This document shows, piece by piece, positions 24,608-36,300 of a stretch of 64,000 bases of DNA. Under the pieces are notes generated by a model. That model had not been told where the DNA came from. It saw nothing but the letters and a program-made list of their open reading frames with translations, and searched no databases. The position numbers and the translations under genes are program-made. Numbering within the stretch: position 1 is the first letter of the stretch; each line of letters opens with the position of its first letter. Origin of the DNA: Marsupella aquatica (taxonomy: Eukaryota > Plantae > Marchantiophyta); contig OZ316892.1 of assembly GCA_973895155.1 (NCBI GenBank), positions 13,139,170 to 13,203,169 of the forward strand. Reading direction: 5' to 3'.

Positions 24608-24899
24608 TGTTAAGTATTGTTCTTAGTCTTGTGACTCTAGGGCTAACCATAGTTAGGCTAACTCAAGTTAGGACTTAGCTAAGGTTAGCAATGATGCATG
24701 TTGTATATAACCAGGGCTGATGCTAGCCCTTGGTGGATCTGCAGTTCATTGTTGGAGTGGAGCAAGAGAGAAGTAAAGGTCTCTTGCTTTCCCGTGGACG
24801 TAGCCTCAGTCATGAGGTGAATCACGTACTCGCTGTGTCGACTACTTTGTATGGTGTTTACGTGTGCATGGTGTCTCGGGATAAGGATTATCCCCAACA
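24608..24899 (+). mobile_element. Solo LTR (292 bp) of a copia family related to the full-length element
   Basis: TGTT...AACA termini with a 5-bp TSD TGTAT (24603-24607, 24900-24904). It contains TTCCCGTGGACGTAGCC...TGAGGTGAATCACGTA, which is shared with the reverse complement of the 14612/20311 LTRs. Confidence 0.88.
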
Positions 24900-24904
24900 T
24901 GTAT

Positions 24905-25040
24905 GAGTTCTTTGTTCTTGCCTTGTGTTGTGAGCTTGATTTCCCAGAGTTGGTGCCATGTGTTGGCTGCTATAAGTTCTTTGTTCTTGCCTCGTGTTGT
25001 GAGCTTGGTTTCCCAGAGTCGGTGCCACGTGTTGGCTGCT
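24905..25040. repeat. Tandem duplication of ~69 bp
   Basis: AGTTCTTTGTTCTTGCCTYGTGTTGTGAGCTTGRTTTCCCAGAGTYGGTGCCAYGTGTTGGCTGCT x2; the differences are transitions. Confidence 0.9.
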
Positions 25041-26080
25041 GTCACCGCTGTCTGTTCACGTGACTTCATTGCAACCGACGGTAAAGAATCTTGTTAGACG
25101 ATGGGAAATATGCCACATCTAGTAACCCGTTATATCTTCCCATTTGGAGGGTTATTGATATCCGCAGGGGGTTATGAGTGTCTAGTGGCAGCGTTACACC
25201 TTTATAGTTAGTTTAGTAGTGAGATTATGGGAATGCAGTGTACGAACGGTAAATTGTACCCGTCGGTAAGGTAAGCACTAACCCTAGGTTACGGGTTATG
25301 AACAACTGGATTGCTAAGAGGAGGGTGGTAAGAAAAATCATTGTATTAAAGCATGTTTGCTTTGCTATCCTTTCCTTGCACTAGTACCTTTCACTCAAGT
25401 TGAAACATTTATAGGCTCGACAAAGCCATCTTCATCATCATTGATAAATTGGCCTGACTAGTTGTGTACCCGGTTGTGTGATTTGTGGGACTGGCTCCCT
25501 GGCACAGTTCACCATTTGTTTTTTTCTGCTTGGATGGCTTTAGATCCCTTGTATGCTATTCTATATGGGGCCTCTCTTGTTAGACATTTACTCTTTGGTC
25601 TAGTGTTACGATTGTTATCCTTAACTGTAGTTGTAAACTTGGTTAGGTTAGCCTTGGTGCACATTACATCCCCAAACATTGTTTGCTTGGATAAGAGAAA
25701 CTCAAATTCAATCATTGTTATGGAGCTAGTTGACAGATAGAGAGATCTTGTATTGAAGAGACTCGGTATGACCGATGGGTCTAGAGTGCAATAAAGCTCT
25801 TGTGTCTTCCTGTATCCCTAGTTGAGGTGAACCAAGTATCTCTCTATGTCCACTCTTCGTGCATTGGAAGATCATGAGTTTGCTGTTGTGAATGTTGTCT
25901 TTGCTTAACATCTCCTTTTAAACAAAGAAGAATATCTTTCCTCAACATCTCCTTTCAAACAAAGAAGAATTAGATTAAAAAACCATCAAAATAGGGTATC
26001 TCATTGTTGCTTTGCCATCCTCCAGCATTGAGAGCTTTCACTCAAAGTTGAGAACATGTATAGGCATTGTGCCTTGTTGT

Positions 26081-26310
26081 TTCACATGTCAGTCATCATC
26101 ACCATTCAAGAGGATTTTTCATTGTTGTCTCAAAAGCTTTGTTGCATGAAAAGAGATTTTACATGTCAGTCATCATCACCATTCAAAAGGATTTCTCATT
26201 GTTGTCTCTGAAAGCTTTGTTGCATGAAAAGAGATTTTACATGTCAGTCATCATCACCATTCAAAAGGATTTCTCATTGTTGTCTCGAAAGCTTTGTTGC
26301 ATGAAAAGGA
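26081..26310. repeat. Tandem repeat, ~77-bp unit x3
   Basis: ACATGTCAGTCATCATCACCATTCAA(A/G)AGGATTT(T/C)TCATTGTTGTCTC..AAGCTTTGTTGCATGAAAAG occurs three times. Confidence 0.92.
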
Positions 26311-27304
26311 ATTTGACGCCCCACTTTATCATGGCAAGAAATTCAAAACCTAGGGAACCTGCCTTTTACTACTCAATACATTGCAAGCTCCCAGAACAAT
26401 CATAAGGAAACAATATAAACTTTAGCTTCCCTTGCGACAATCGTAAGGAAACTATCTGAACTTAACGTAATGACAATGCTTCCAGCTGCAATAATAAAGG
26501 TAGCCTCAGACTTAAGATTAGATTTTCAGTTTTTCTACAAATTGTTGAGATCAAGAATGAAATTAGACATTCTGAAGACTACTGCAGGAATAATTAAGCT
26601 GAAATCGAGGAATTTGCCTTGGAATTTGGAAAAGCGCAAGTGAGAGTTGCATGGACAGAACGGTAGGCCTAAAACGTCCCTGGAAACTCAAGCAAGCCGC
26701 GTATCTCTAAAGAAAGTTTTAGGTGCAACGTTACAAAGACTCCCGGGTGAGGAAATCTGACCAAACTTTGGACCGTAATTGAACGCGCAAATATCAATCA
26801 AACTTGAACGAGCTTTGACAAGACTTCCCAGTCCAAAAATAGGTTTGGAGAGCAGGATATCTTCCCCACCCTTTTTGCAAGTTTGATCAATTTTTTTAGG
26901 AAGGATTCCTCTTCAAATCTGTGTAAATAGAGGTCCGAGTTTCAACCTTTACAATGAAATTCACTTCTGCTGGTCAGCATGGTTCCTTTGAACAGTTCCA
27001 AAACTGGTAGTCTCGGTTGCAATACTGGCAACCACTGCAGCCAGCCTCGATCGTTGAAGATGGTAGTTATGAATTGACTAAACCCAGAATACTACTCCTC
27101 AACTGACCACAGTGGGTCAATTATTTTATTGATTTAAGTGCTGAGAAAAAATGAGTTGTTGCTGTCGGTCTAAAATTATTTCCAGAACTATTTTACACTG
27201 TCATGTATGGAGATGTGAAAACTCCAAGCATGTCATCTTTCACTGACGTAAAACATTTGATATCCAAAAAAGTGTGGCCCTAGTGACGAGATTTACGAAA
27301 ATAC

Positions 27305-30300
27305 CTAGTCCTCGTCATCAGAAAGATAAATGATTGGGACTGGAATAGGTCGTGGATTGTGGCTGGACCCAATAGTCGACGGTTGTGATGGTACTACTCC
27401 CTGGTGCCCGAGGTTTGGTGCTCCAAGCTCTTGCAATGCAGCCTCTTCGCTCCTAACACGTGTGTCCACCACAGAGCTGACTTGATTTTCACTGGGAAGT
27501 GGCATCAACAGATCATTGACTTCATTCGCAGATATGGTACCGCTCCCAAAATTGTTCTGTCCGCCTTGGAGGAACACATTACCTGCAAATTCTATGTTTG
27601 TCAATTGGTCTCCAGCAGGATATAGTACTGGACTAACGGATACGAGAACAGCTTCCGTAACTGTTGGTGAGCTAACAGCACTTGTGATGGACATGGCTGG
27701 CACCGTCGAGGACGAGAGAACTGGTATAAATTCTGAGCTACTATTATGCGAGGAAAGGTTTCCCATTCGCAGTGATGAGGGAGCCATAACATTTTCGCTC
27801 CCTTCCTGAGGAGAAACCCACGTTCTCACCTGTTGAATGGATACTGCGGTGGCTGTCTGGGGTTGAAAGAGCACCCTTTCAGAAATGACAGCAAATGGAC
27901 TGCTGCAACTTGACAGGGAAGGGTTTGTGTGAGGGAATGCCTCGGGTACTGACACAAATCCTGTCGAAGAGAAATTCTCGTGAGGTCGAGGAACACAATT
28001 TGGCAGTGCTGAACACACAGGTACCCCAACGGTTAAGCCTAGCGGTTGGACGTTTCGGATATTACTTGGCCTGGTACTCTGCCATAGTGGTACTTGTGAT
28101 CGACCATTAATGACTTGTGACGTGCTATTTGGAGTACCCATATCTGTCGCAGACCCAGGACCTGACCCTGCACTGACAACAGCACCTGTAAATCCCCTTC
28201 CTGTGGTCCTACTGCCGTTGCGCACAATGTTGCTTAAATGGGAAGGGTGCAACTGACCACGTCCAGACACATGGGTTGTTTGTCCTGATAGACGACCTGC
28301 CTGGCCACTTCCAAATATAACTTCCGGACTGTGACCTGCAAAACAAAATTCATTGACATTAGAACAGAAGAACACAACCCTATGTAGTTGTCCCCACTTA
28401 TCCAAGCAATAGCCAATCTCTTTGAATTGGAATGTGTATCGTCCGATGCAAAAGTTAAGTTCCGACGACTTCCTTAGCACATTATGACTACGGCTCTATT
28501 CCATAATAGCTGGAATTCAACACATGCCTGTATTTGCAACAGATGGAGGATACAAGTTTTTTTTCAAGAGGCCAAAATTCGATGAGAATGCCCAAAAGAG
28601 ATTGGGCAGTCTCCAGAAAACGTGAGCCAGTAGAAATGCAGATTTACCAGGGGTCTGGCGAGCCTTTTGCTGGTCCAACATTGATCTCAGCTTCAAAGCC
28701 TCAGCGAGCTGCCGATTCCTATCCACTTTCTCCAAATTGTCCTTCAACGCAGTAGTTTTCTGTTCAAATGTCCGAGCTGTTTCATACAGACGTCCCTCAT
28801 ATTTCTTCCGCAACTCCGTGGCCTCTGTGTCATATTGCGCCTTAATTTGGGCTGTCTGCCATAACAAATATCAAGACCAATAAATAAGAGGATCTCGAGA
28901 GAGAATTCAATGGTGGTAGCACTTCACTAAGTAGAAGATTCTATTTTCCATTGAAACTTCAGAAAATATCTCAATGATTAGCTTCAAGTCAGTCAGTAGC
29001 AGGATTCTCCAATGCAGAAAGAGATACGATTCAATCCCTTAAGAAACAAAAGAAGGTTCGGGATTCACTAAAACTAGCCAATAGTACCAGGTGATTACGA
29101 GGACTGCAACTAACAGCTATATACACATTTCAAAGAACAGATTAGGAAAATACCTCTTCATTGTATTTTACCCTTGCGTTCTCCTGTTCCTGCTTTAACC
29201 GATTCTCTTCATGTAGGAGAGGATCAGGACCGAATGCGCTTTGTGATGAATGTGCCCCGAGAGGTGCATTTTGTGAATGCACATTGGACCGTGCCTGAGT
29301 TGCCAACAAAGCTCCACTAACTGACGAGATTGCACTGGGAATGGAACAACCCTGTCCAACAGATGGCTGAACCTGGGTTTGCACTCGTACTTGGGGTGGC
29401 GCGGTGTGATGAAGCGATGAGGGATGCCTAGCTGCATGCTGGGTTGAGACCGGTCTACGAATCTGAGCAATCCTTGGTTGCAGACTTGGCAGAGAATCTA
29501 CCGAAACCTGTGGTGGTGAAGTACTAACTGTCTGTGGAAGCCTGGGCTGGAGACTTGGTGAAGCTTGTACACTTCGTGAAATCCTTGCTTGCAGACTTGT
29601 CGGCGCATGCAAATTCTGAGTTACCCTTGATTGGAGATTAATTGGAACTTGAAAATTTTGTGAAGTCCTTGACTGCAAATTTGTAGGAGTTTGCGACCCC
29701 TGCGAAACCATTGATTGCTGCACAGTTGAAGTATTTAGCATCTCTGAAACTCTTGCATGCTCAGACAGCTGTGGAGGTACAACTCCCTGCTCAACCACAG
29801 AGAGAGTCCTTTCAGGCTCTTGAGTAGACACGGCAACAGTTGGTTCACTCCCTACACCACCAGATGATGCCTCCACGATATTCAGGTGAGAAGGAGACGG
29901 CTGGGATCTCTCTTTCGTTTGGGCATTTTGTTGAAGAAAATAGGTTTGTGATCTCTGAGGCGGAGGATGGGAGTACTGGAGTGGAGCTGCTACTAGCTCC
30001 TCAGTTGTGGAAAGCCCTTGGTCAAGATTGGACGACACTGCTTGGCTCATAGGTTGAGATAAAGTTGTCACTTCAGGAGACTGCAGGCGAGCTTGAGCCT
30101 GAGACTGGAGTTGGGATTCAGTTGACGGGGGTTGAGAGTTAGGGGGAGGAGAAGGTGTGCCCTCTCGTGACTGAGGTTGAGGTTGCGATGGGTGTTGATG
30201 CTGAGGGCGAGGCTGAATCTCAGCTCCGGGGGTACTTTCAAGTGACCGTAGATCTGTATTTTGACCTGGAAGAGCTCGAGGACTCTGCTGAGCTCGAGGA

Positions 30301-33300
30301 GCTCGTGCCTGAAGGGACTGCTTGCTACGGGCAGGCCCATTCTCCAAAAGTCTCGGAGTCCGAGCTTGCGTTGCAAAAACCAGACCCAAGCTCCTTGCCT
30401 CCGATACAAGATCGGGTAGTACCCCGGTGTTGATCAGTTGCAGCAATTTTGTATACAGGGCATTTATTCTATCTCGAAGATCTCTCTGTGTGCTATTCAT
30501 CTCCTGACGTCGATCCTCTCCTTCTCGCTCAAATAACTTGACTGTAGAAGCAGAAACTTCTCCCAGCTGTCTTAACAGTGCATCTCTTTGGTCCATCTTG
30601 GCAGTGGCTAAAATCTCGACTTTCTGTTTCTCGAAGGACTTTTGGCAAGCATCTCTTTCCCGAGCAAAAGATGCATTGAATTCTTGAACCTCCAACTTCT
30701 GCTTCGCCAACCAACTATGGAGAAGCTGATCCCTGTCTGATTTCAATCTGGCACGAATTGCTTCTCCTGTTTGCGAACGTAATAGCTGCGTTTTCTCAGG
30801 AGATACAGCCATTGGTTGCCTCCGAGTGTGTCCCAAACCTGCATTCACTTCAACATTGTCTGAGGACGTCTCTTGATCTGAGCGCGCCTTTAATGTAGGA
30901 TCTTCCTTTTGGAGATCACTCACTTGACAATCTTCTGCTTGGGCCTGTTGTTCTGATTGCTCCAATCCTGTTCCGAGCGGATCATCTTGTTCCAAATGAG
31001 CTTTGTCTGCTTTACTGACAGGGGCAACAAGAATTTGAGACGAGTTGTTCTGGTCGATGGAAGCTTGTTGTCCACTTGAAGGTTGCAAATTGCTCTTCGT
31101 TAAAGGAGATGATTCAGGTACTTGTGACTTTGGAGGTATCTGTACAAGGCAGTCAATGCCAGTTGAAATGGGCTGGGATGTGTTGCTATGAGCTGCCTCA
31201 TCAGGACATTTCTCTTCATCACCAATCCCTTGCTGTACTAAGGGACGAGCTACATATGTCTTGCACATACCCTCCAGTCTAGAGTAGACAGATGCAAATT
31301 CTTCTTTCTTTAGCGCCAAGCTGATATTCTCTCCGACACGAGAAACTGCTGTCAAGTGCTCCACAACTTGACGAAAATGGGCACAAGCTATAAGGCACTG
31401 CAACAGTGTAAGACAATGACCACATGATCAAAGATGTGGGAATTTAACAATGCACAAAGTTCTCACAACTTCAGATTATGCCTTCAGTCAAGATTGCATA
31501 TACAAACGATTACACAATTACCAACAATACCAGTTGACTTGGCTGTGAAATCATCAAATGCCTAGACAAAAACTCCTGGCAACCTTCGTGCTTTGCGGTA
31601 ACTCAATATGGATCAACCACCATCATAACTGTCTAGAAAATTCAATATTTCTTTTACGATAAAAGTTTCCCAGAAAGCAAGGAATTGGGTATAACCTGAC
31701 CACGCTGTTTTACACAGCTTCTCCACCACATTGCAATACAGACCTAGTATCTGTGACTTAACTCTGACGAGGTTCAAATTCCAAAAGAGAGCCGTACCAA
31801 AGAAATCTCCACCATGACAACCAGTTCTCGAGGTTCCTTGGGCATCCGAAAGCTATTCATTACATGAGAAAGTAACTGCTGAGAAAAGCTTGCAATCCTC
31901 TCCTGATGGCAAGAAGGAACAAGAGACTGCAATGTGTTAAATTCTACGAGAAACAAGAATGTCAGAAACGCGTCAGGAAATATGATTACTAGACCACACA
32001 CACTTCTGTGAATCTCACCACAGAAAGAAAGCAAATATGCCTACAGTCGTTCCAGTTTTCAAGTGTCTTGCTTCCCTTTCTTTGACTGAATTACACTCTT
32101 AAAATAGAGGCCATGGATTTATCCAAAACTAAGTCCAGCCCAGTGACTTCTCCAAAACTCCCTGACTAATCAGAGTCTGGCCCATTTCATAGCATCAAGC
32201 TGCAAGAGGCATCGTCTTTGAAGTTAAATAGCATACCTCAACTTGAAGAATGTCACAAATTCGAGACAACTCTGGTTGCATTTTGAGCAGCTGTTGTTTC
32301 TGCTCCATCCGCAATCTCTTACCGCTGTCAACCTGCAAAGTTGTTGAAGACACGCTACCAGCTGTTGTAGGTTTTGGAGACTTGTTCATTCGAATTGCCT
32401 CTGTAGTTGCATGCCCAATAAGGTCATTTCTCTTCATTTTCTTGGGCACAGGGGCGTCAATCGATTTTTCTTGTTCGGCTTCCTGGTTATGCTGTTGACC
32501 AATCCCATCACTGCCAACTGGCTCTAATATCTGTTCACCAGCGATATGGTCAGTCACTGGGGCGGTCAAGCCAACCTCAGACTCCGATGTGACGGGCTTT
32601 CTTACCTCGGGGACGGATCTTGACAATAAATTCTTATCTGGTGGAGAATCCTCATCGTGGCAGCTATCAGCTTGCTTTGCAATTGACTGTAATACTAGAA
32701 GGGAAGAATGCGTTTCCTTATCGTGGTTGACTAAGATTGAAGTGGATTCAACTAGCTGGGGTCTTCTTCTCTTCCTCCTAAGTTCCTCGTCTTCTGGGGC
32801 TGAGTACGTAGCAAGCGCTTCCTCACTGTACTGCACTCTCTTTCTTTGGCGCAGTCCTTTCCCTGGATTACACTGCTCCTCGCGGTCTTGTAACTCTGCA
32901 TACCTATCCTTCAGTAGAGAAGACCAAAATTCTTTAACAGAATCTCCATCCTCTTCATTCCAAACTTCATCAACAGAGGTTTCAGTCGCAGCTTCCATCT
33001 CAAGATTACCTTGAAGGAAATTGCTCACGCGTTTCAAATCTCGAGTTGCCTTATCATCCAGTTCAAATTTCTGCTTGCCTTGGGGCATGTTAGTGCTGCT
33101 TAAGGAAGAGCTGTCCAGCTCCAGAATTTGCTGGACTTTCCACCTCAGAAGTTGCTGCAAGATTTTCACACTAAGAGGTTTTGGGTCTGCTACCAACTTT
33201 TTTTGACGGTCATAGACCATCGATCCCTCCTCAACAGTGAAACGCTGGTAAAGTCTAAATACCTTCAGCTCTCCATCAACTCTGTGAAGAACTTTTCGGA

Positions 33301-36300
33301 GATATTCCAAATCATTTGCTGGATTGAGATCACTATCATGAATGATCACAACGTCTTTGTCTTTTAATTTCAGGCTGAGACCAGAGGCTCCTGTCCTGAG
33401 TAGAAAGACAGAACGCAAAGAATCCTTGGCATTAAACCTCTGAACAGCTGCATTCTTCCGGTGAGCAGAATGTCGAGTATCGACTAGCTCATACGAGTCT
33501 GCGCCATATTTGTGCCTCAAATAGTCATCCAAGAAGTACAACTGCATCAGAGACTGCGAGAGCGAGAAATACAATATTAGACAAAATCCTAACAAAGTCT
33601 GCCAAAAACACTTTCCATATATCTCCCCAGCTTGAAACTAATTCAATGATTGTTACAGGACGAACTAAAAGTACTCTACCCTTTGCTAGCTATTCTCTGG
33701 GATCCTCCCCAACAATGTACAGATGCCGGACATAATCTTCAATCTCGACTAGTACTGTCGTTCGTTGATTTGTTTCCCACATAAAGAGTGAAATGGACAA
33801 CCTGAGAGAGTATGACAACCCGCCGTTGTTGAATGCGGAGTAACGATAGCATTGCATGTATAAGTTGCCATTTCTCACTAGCTTCCACTCCCGCATCTAT
33901 TAGAGCCTGAGAGGATGGCACGCCTTCTTTGGCACATCCCTGTAGAGTTGGGTCCACGAGATATGGATGTTGGCAGGACTGCATTCCAGAATCGCATCCC
34001 AACAATTTCCAACGATTACTATAAGCTTTGAGATGAATAGATGCATATGTTTGCTTTTGGAAACAGTAAGACATTTCACGAGACAAATTAGGCCAAGGGA
34101 AAAGGTACATGTATTCATCTCGGCGACGTAACTCGAGAGCAAACAATCTTCTTAGAAAAGAAAGGAAGTACTTATAATACTAGTTCTGCCAAAGCATGAT
34201 CGGAAATTAAAGTTTAAAGTTTGCGGGTTATAGACTGAACTTCAAAAATCTACAGATAAGCGATGACCTACCAGCCTCAGTTGAGCCAGAAAATCATGGA
34301 GAGAGGGAGAATCGGGGTCAGAGCGTAACCGGCCGGACTGCAGTAAACTATAGTGTTTAGTCAGAGTATTGCAATAAAGCTGGATTTGAAGCGACGTCAT
34401 GTTAGTCCCCACCCAGCACTCTACTAACTTCAGGCCAGAAGCGTCGTCTCGCCTGCTGTCCCTGATTATGTGCTCGCTCAATTGGTCTTTGAGGTATTGA
34501 AGGTGCCCACTTTCATCCAGCCCAGTCAATTGCTTGCGGACATTTGCTGTTGGTGAAGTACTCTGCGGTTGAAAGAGAAAAAGCATTTGTTGCAGTTCCT
34601 CAACATTGTACTGCCATAAGATACAAGAAGGAACCTGTAAGAGTGCTTTTTCCCTTGCAAACTTTCAAGTAGTAAAAGAACAAAAAAAAGAACCAGAATA
34701 TGTTAAGAAGGGCAGGGTTATTAACCTTAGATAGTTCACCAGCGAAAAGAAGCCAAAATGTAGTATCAAATTGCAAGAGGGCACGGTGTGACTTGGCTGT
34801 CTTGGACTGTTGACTTTCATCAACAACCACTGCCTCCCACTTAAGCTTACGCAGATAATCAAAATCCTGCATTAGATTACCACAGCGCGGGAACTGAGAA
34901 CGCAACCAGAATATGACAGATTACCAAACCGTCTTAATAAAGTCACTAAAAGAGTTTAAAGGAACTGAGGAGAAGACAAGTTAATCAAAGACAAGAAAGT
35001 AAAGAATGAAGTAAAGAAAATAGAAAATTCCAGTGTCGCCGGGTCATCCCTGTAAAAGGAAGATATCAGGGAAGGTTACTAAATTCTCCTGAAATTTTCC
35101 GAATTGCAAAGGTACCACTTAAGTTGTCAAAATTATAAAAATCCCCTTCCTTTGCCTGCCGTCAGGCTCGTCTCCAGCATGGACTGTACTGCCCCCTGCA
35201 TATCGGGAGAATCTTTTTGCATTCGAAATTTAAGTGGTACATTTTGTAATTTGATGACATTTCAGGCAGTTTGGGAGGCTGGGTATCGTTTGTAGACTTT
35301 TTCAAGAAAGGTAACCATAATCATCTCGGCAACTAAGAAATATAACGTCACTTAGTGGGTTCGATGTTAGGAGAAAAAGGGTTACAATGAGGTGGAGATT
35401 ATAACAGAAATATTTCAATGCTTTTACTCAGTCTACAGCTTACACTCTCAAATGTGAGAGACACTAGAGTGCGAATGGGTCCTCAGAGATATAGCAGCTG
35501 CGATATTTCTAAAAAAAGTCCCGGCGTGAGACCGTTCCTCCCTCACAGACTCTTTACCTCCGCCCTCTTAAGGTAGCTGTCTCTAGCTAACAGCAATCTG
35601 GAGTTTCTGGCTAAACTGGTGACAAGTCGTAACAGATCGACCATTAAATCAAATGTCCATGTCTTGAAGGAGCGTGGGCTAAAACGTTATTCATTCCTTC
35701 GTTTCTTCACAATCAAGTACGAAAACTCATTATTAACTCAAATCCAGTGAACTACAATCCTCTAGCAAGGCTCGTTGATCACTTAAGTCCAGGATGTCAA
35801 GTACTAGGTGGGTAAGATTGAGGCCACTAGTGCAGGAAGCGAAAGTGGCACCAAAAACCGCGACTGCAACAGGTAAGTTATCCAACCGGAGCTACAGACA
35901 TGATCCTAGAGACTCGGCATAGAAACCAGGAAATTTGAGCCAAAGTCTAACCCCGGACGACTCTCCGCCCAGCAGAATGGATATGTCAATACCGTCCCCT
36001 AGCAGAAGCTGATGATGACAATGATTTTCTTTTAACCTCTGGGTAACAATACTTGAGGCCGTGTTCAGTGACACTTCACCTGCTTTCCTGAAATTGTGGC
36101 TATTTTCCTCCTTAAATTTGCCACAAGTCTAGAGAGAGCACAAGTATCATAATAATTGCAGATCATAATTTTTCTTATTCTCCAATTTTCAAGCTAGTTC
36201 CTTTTCTTTAATGTTGCCTTTTACCGTCTGTCCCATATGGACAGAGGGACCACACGTCACACGTGCCACAACAAGGACGACTTCACAGGCACAGCTGTGT

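Noticed and set aside
25092-25304. Possible additional solo LTR (TGTT...AACA)
   Set aside because: The flanking 5-mers do not match, and there is no convincing PBS/PPT or second copy.
26067-26405. 112-aa ORF with internal repeats
   Set aside because: It is produced by the ~77-bp tandem repeat and has no other coding signal.
32250-33367. Several plus-strand ORFs of 60-140 aa
   Set aside because: They are antisense shadows of a long MOM1 exon.
35830-35902. tRNA-like A-box on the minus strand (GTCTGTAGCTCCGGTTGGATA)
   Set aside because: No B-box/T-arm or acceptor stem follows, so a tRNA or SINE cannot be supported.
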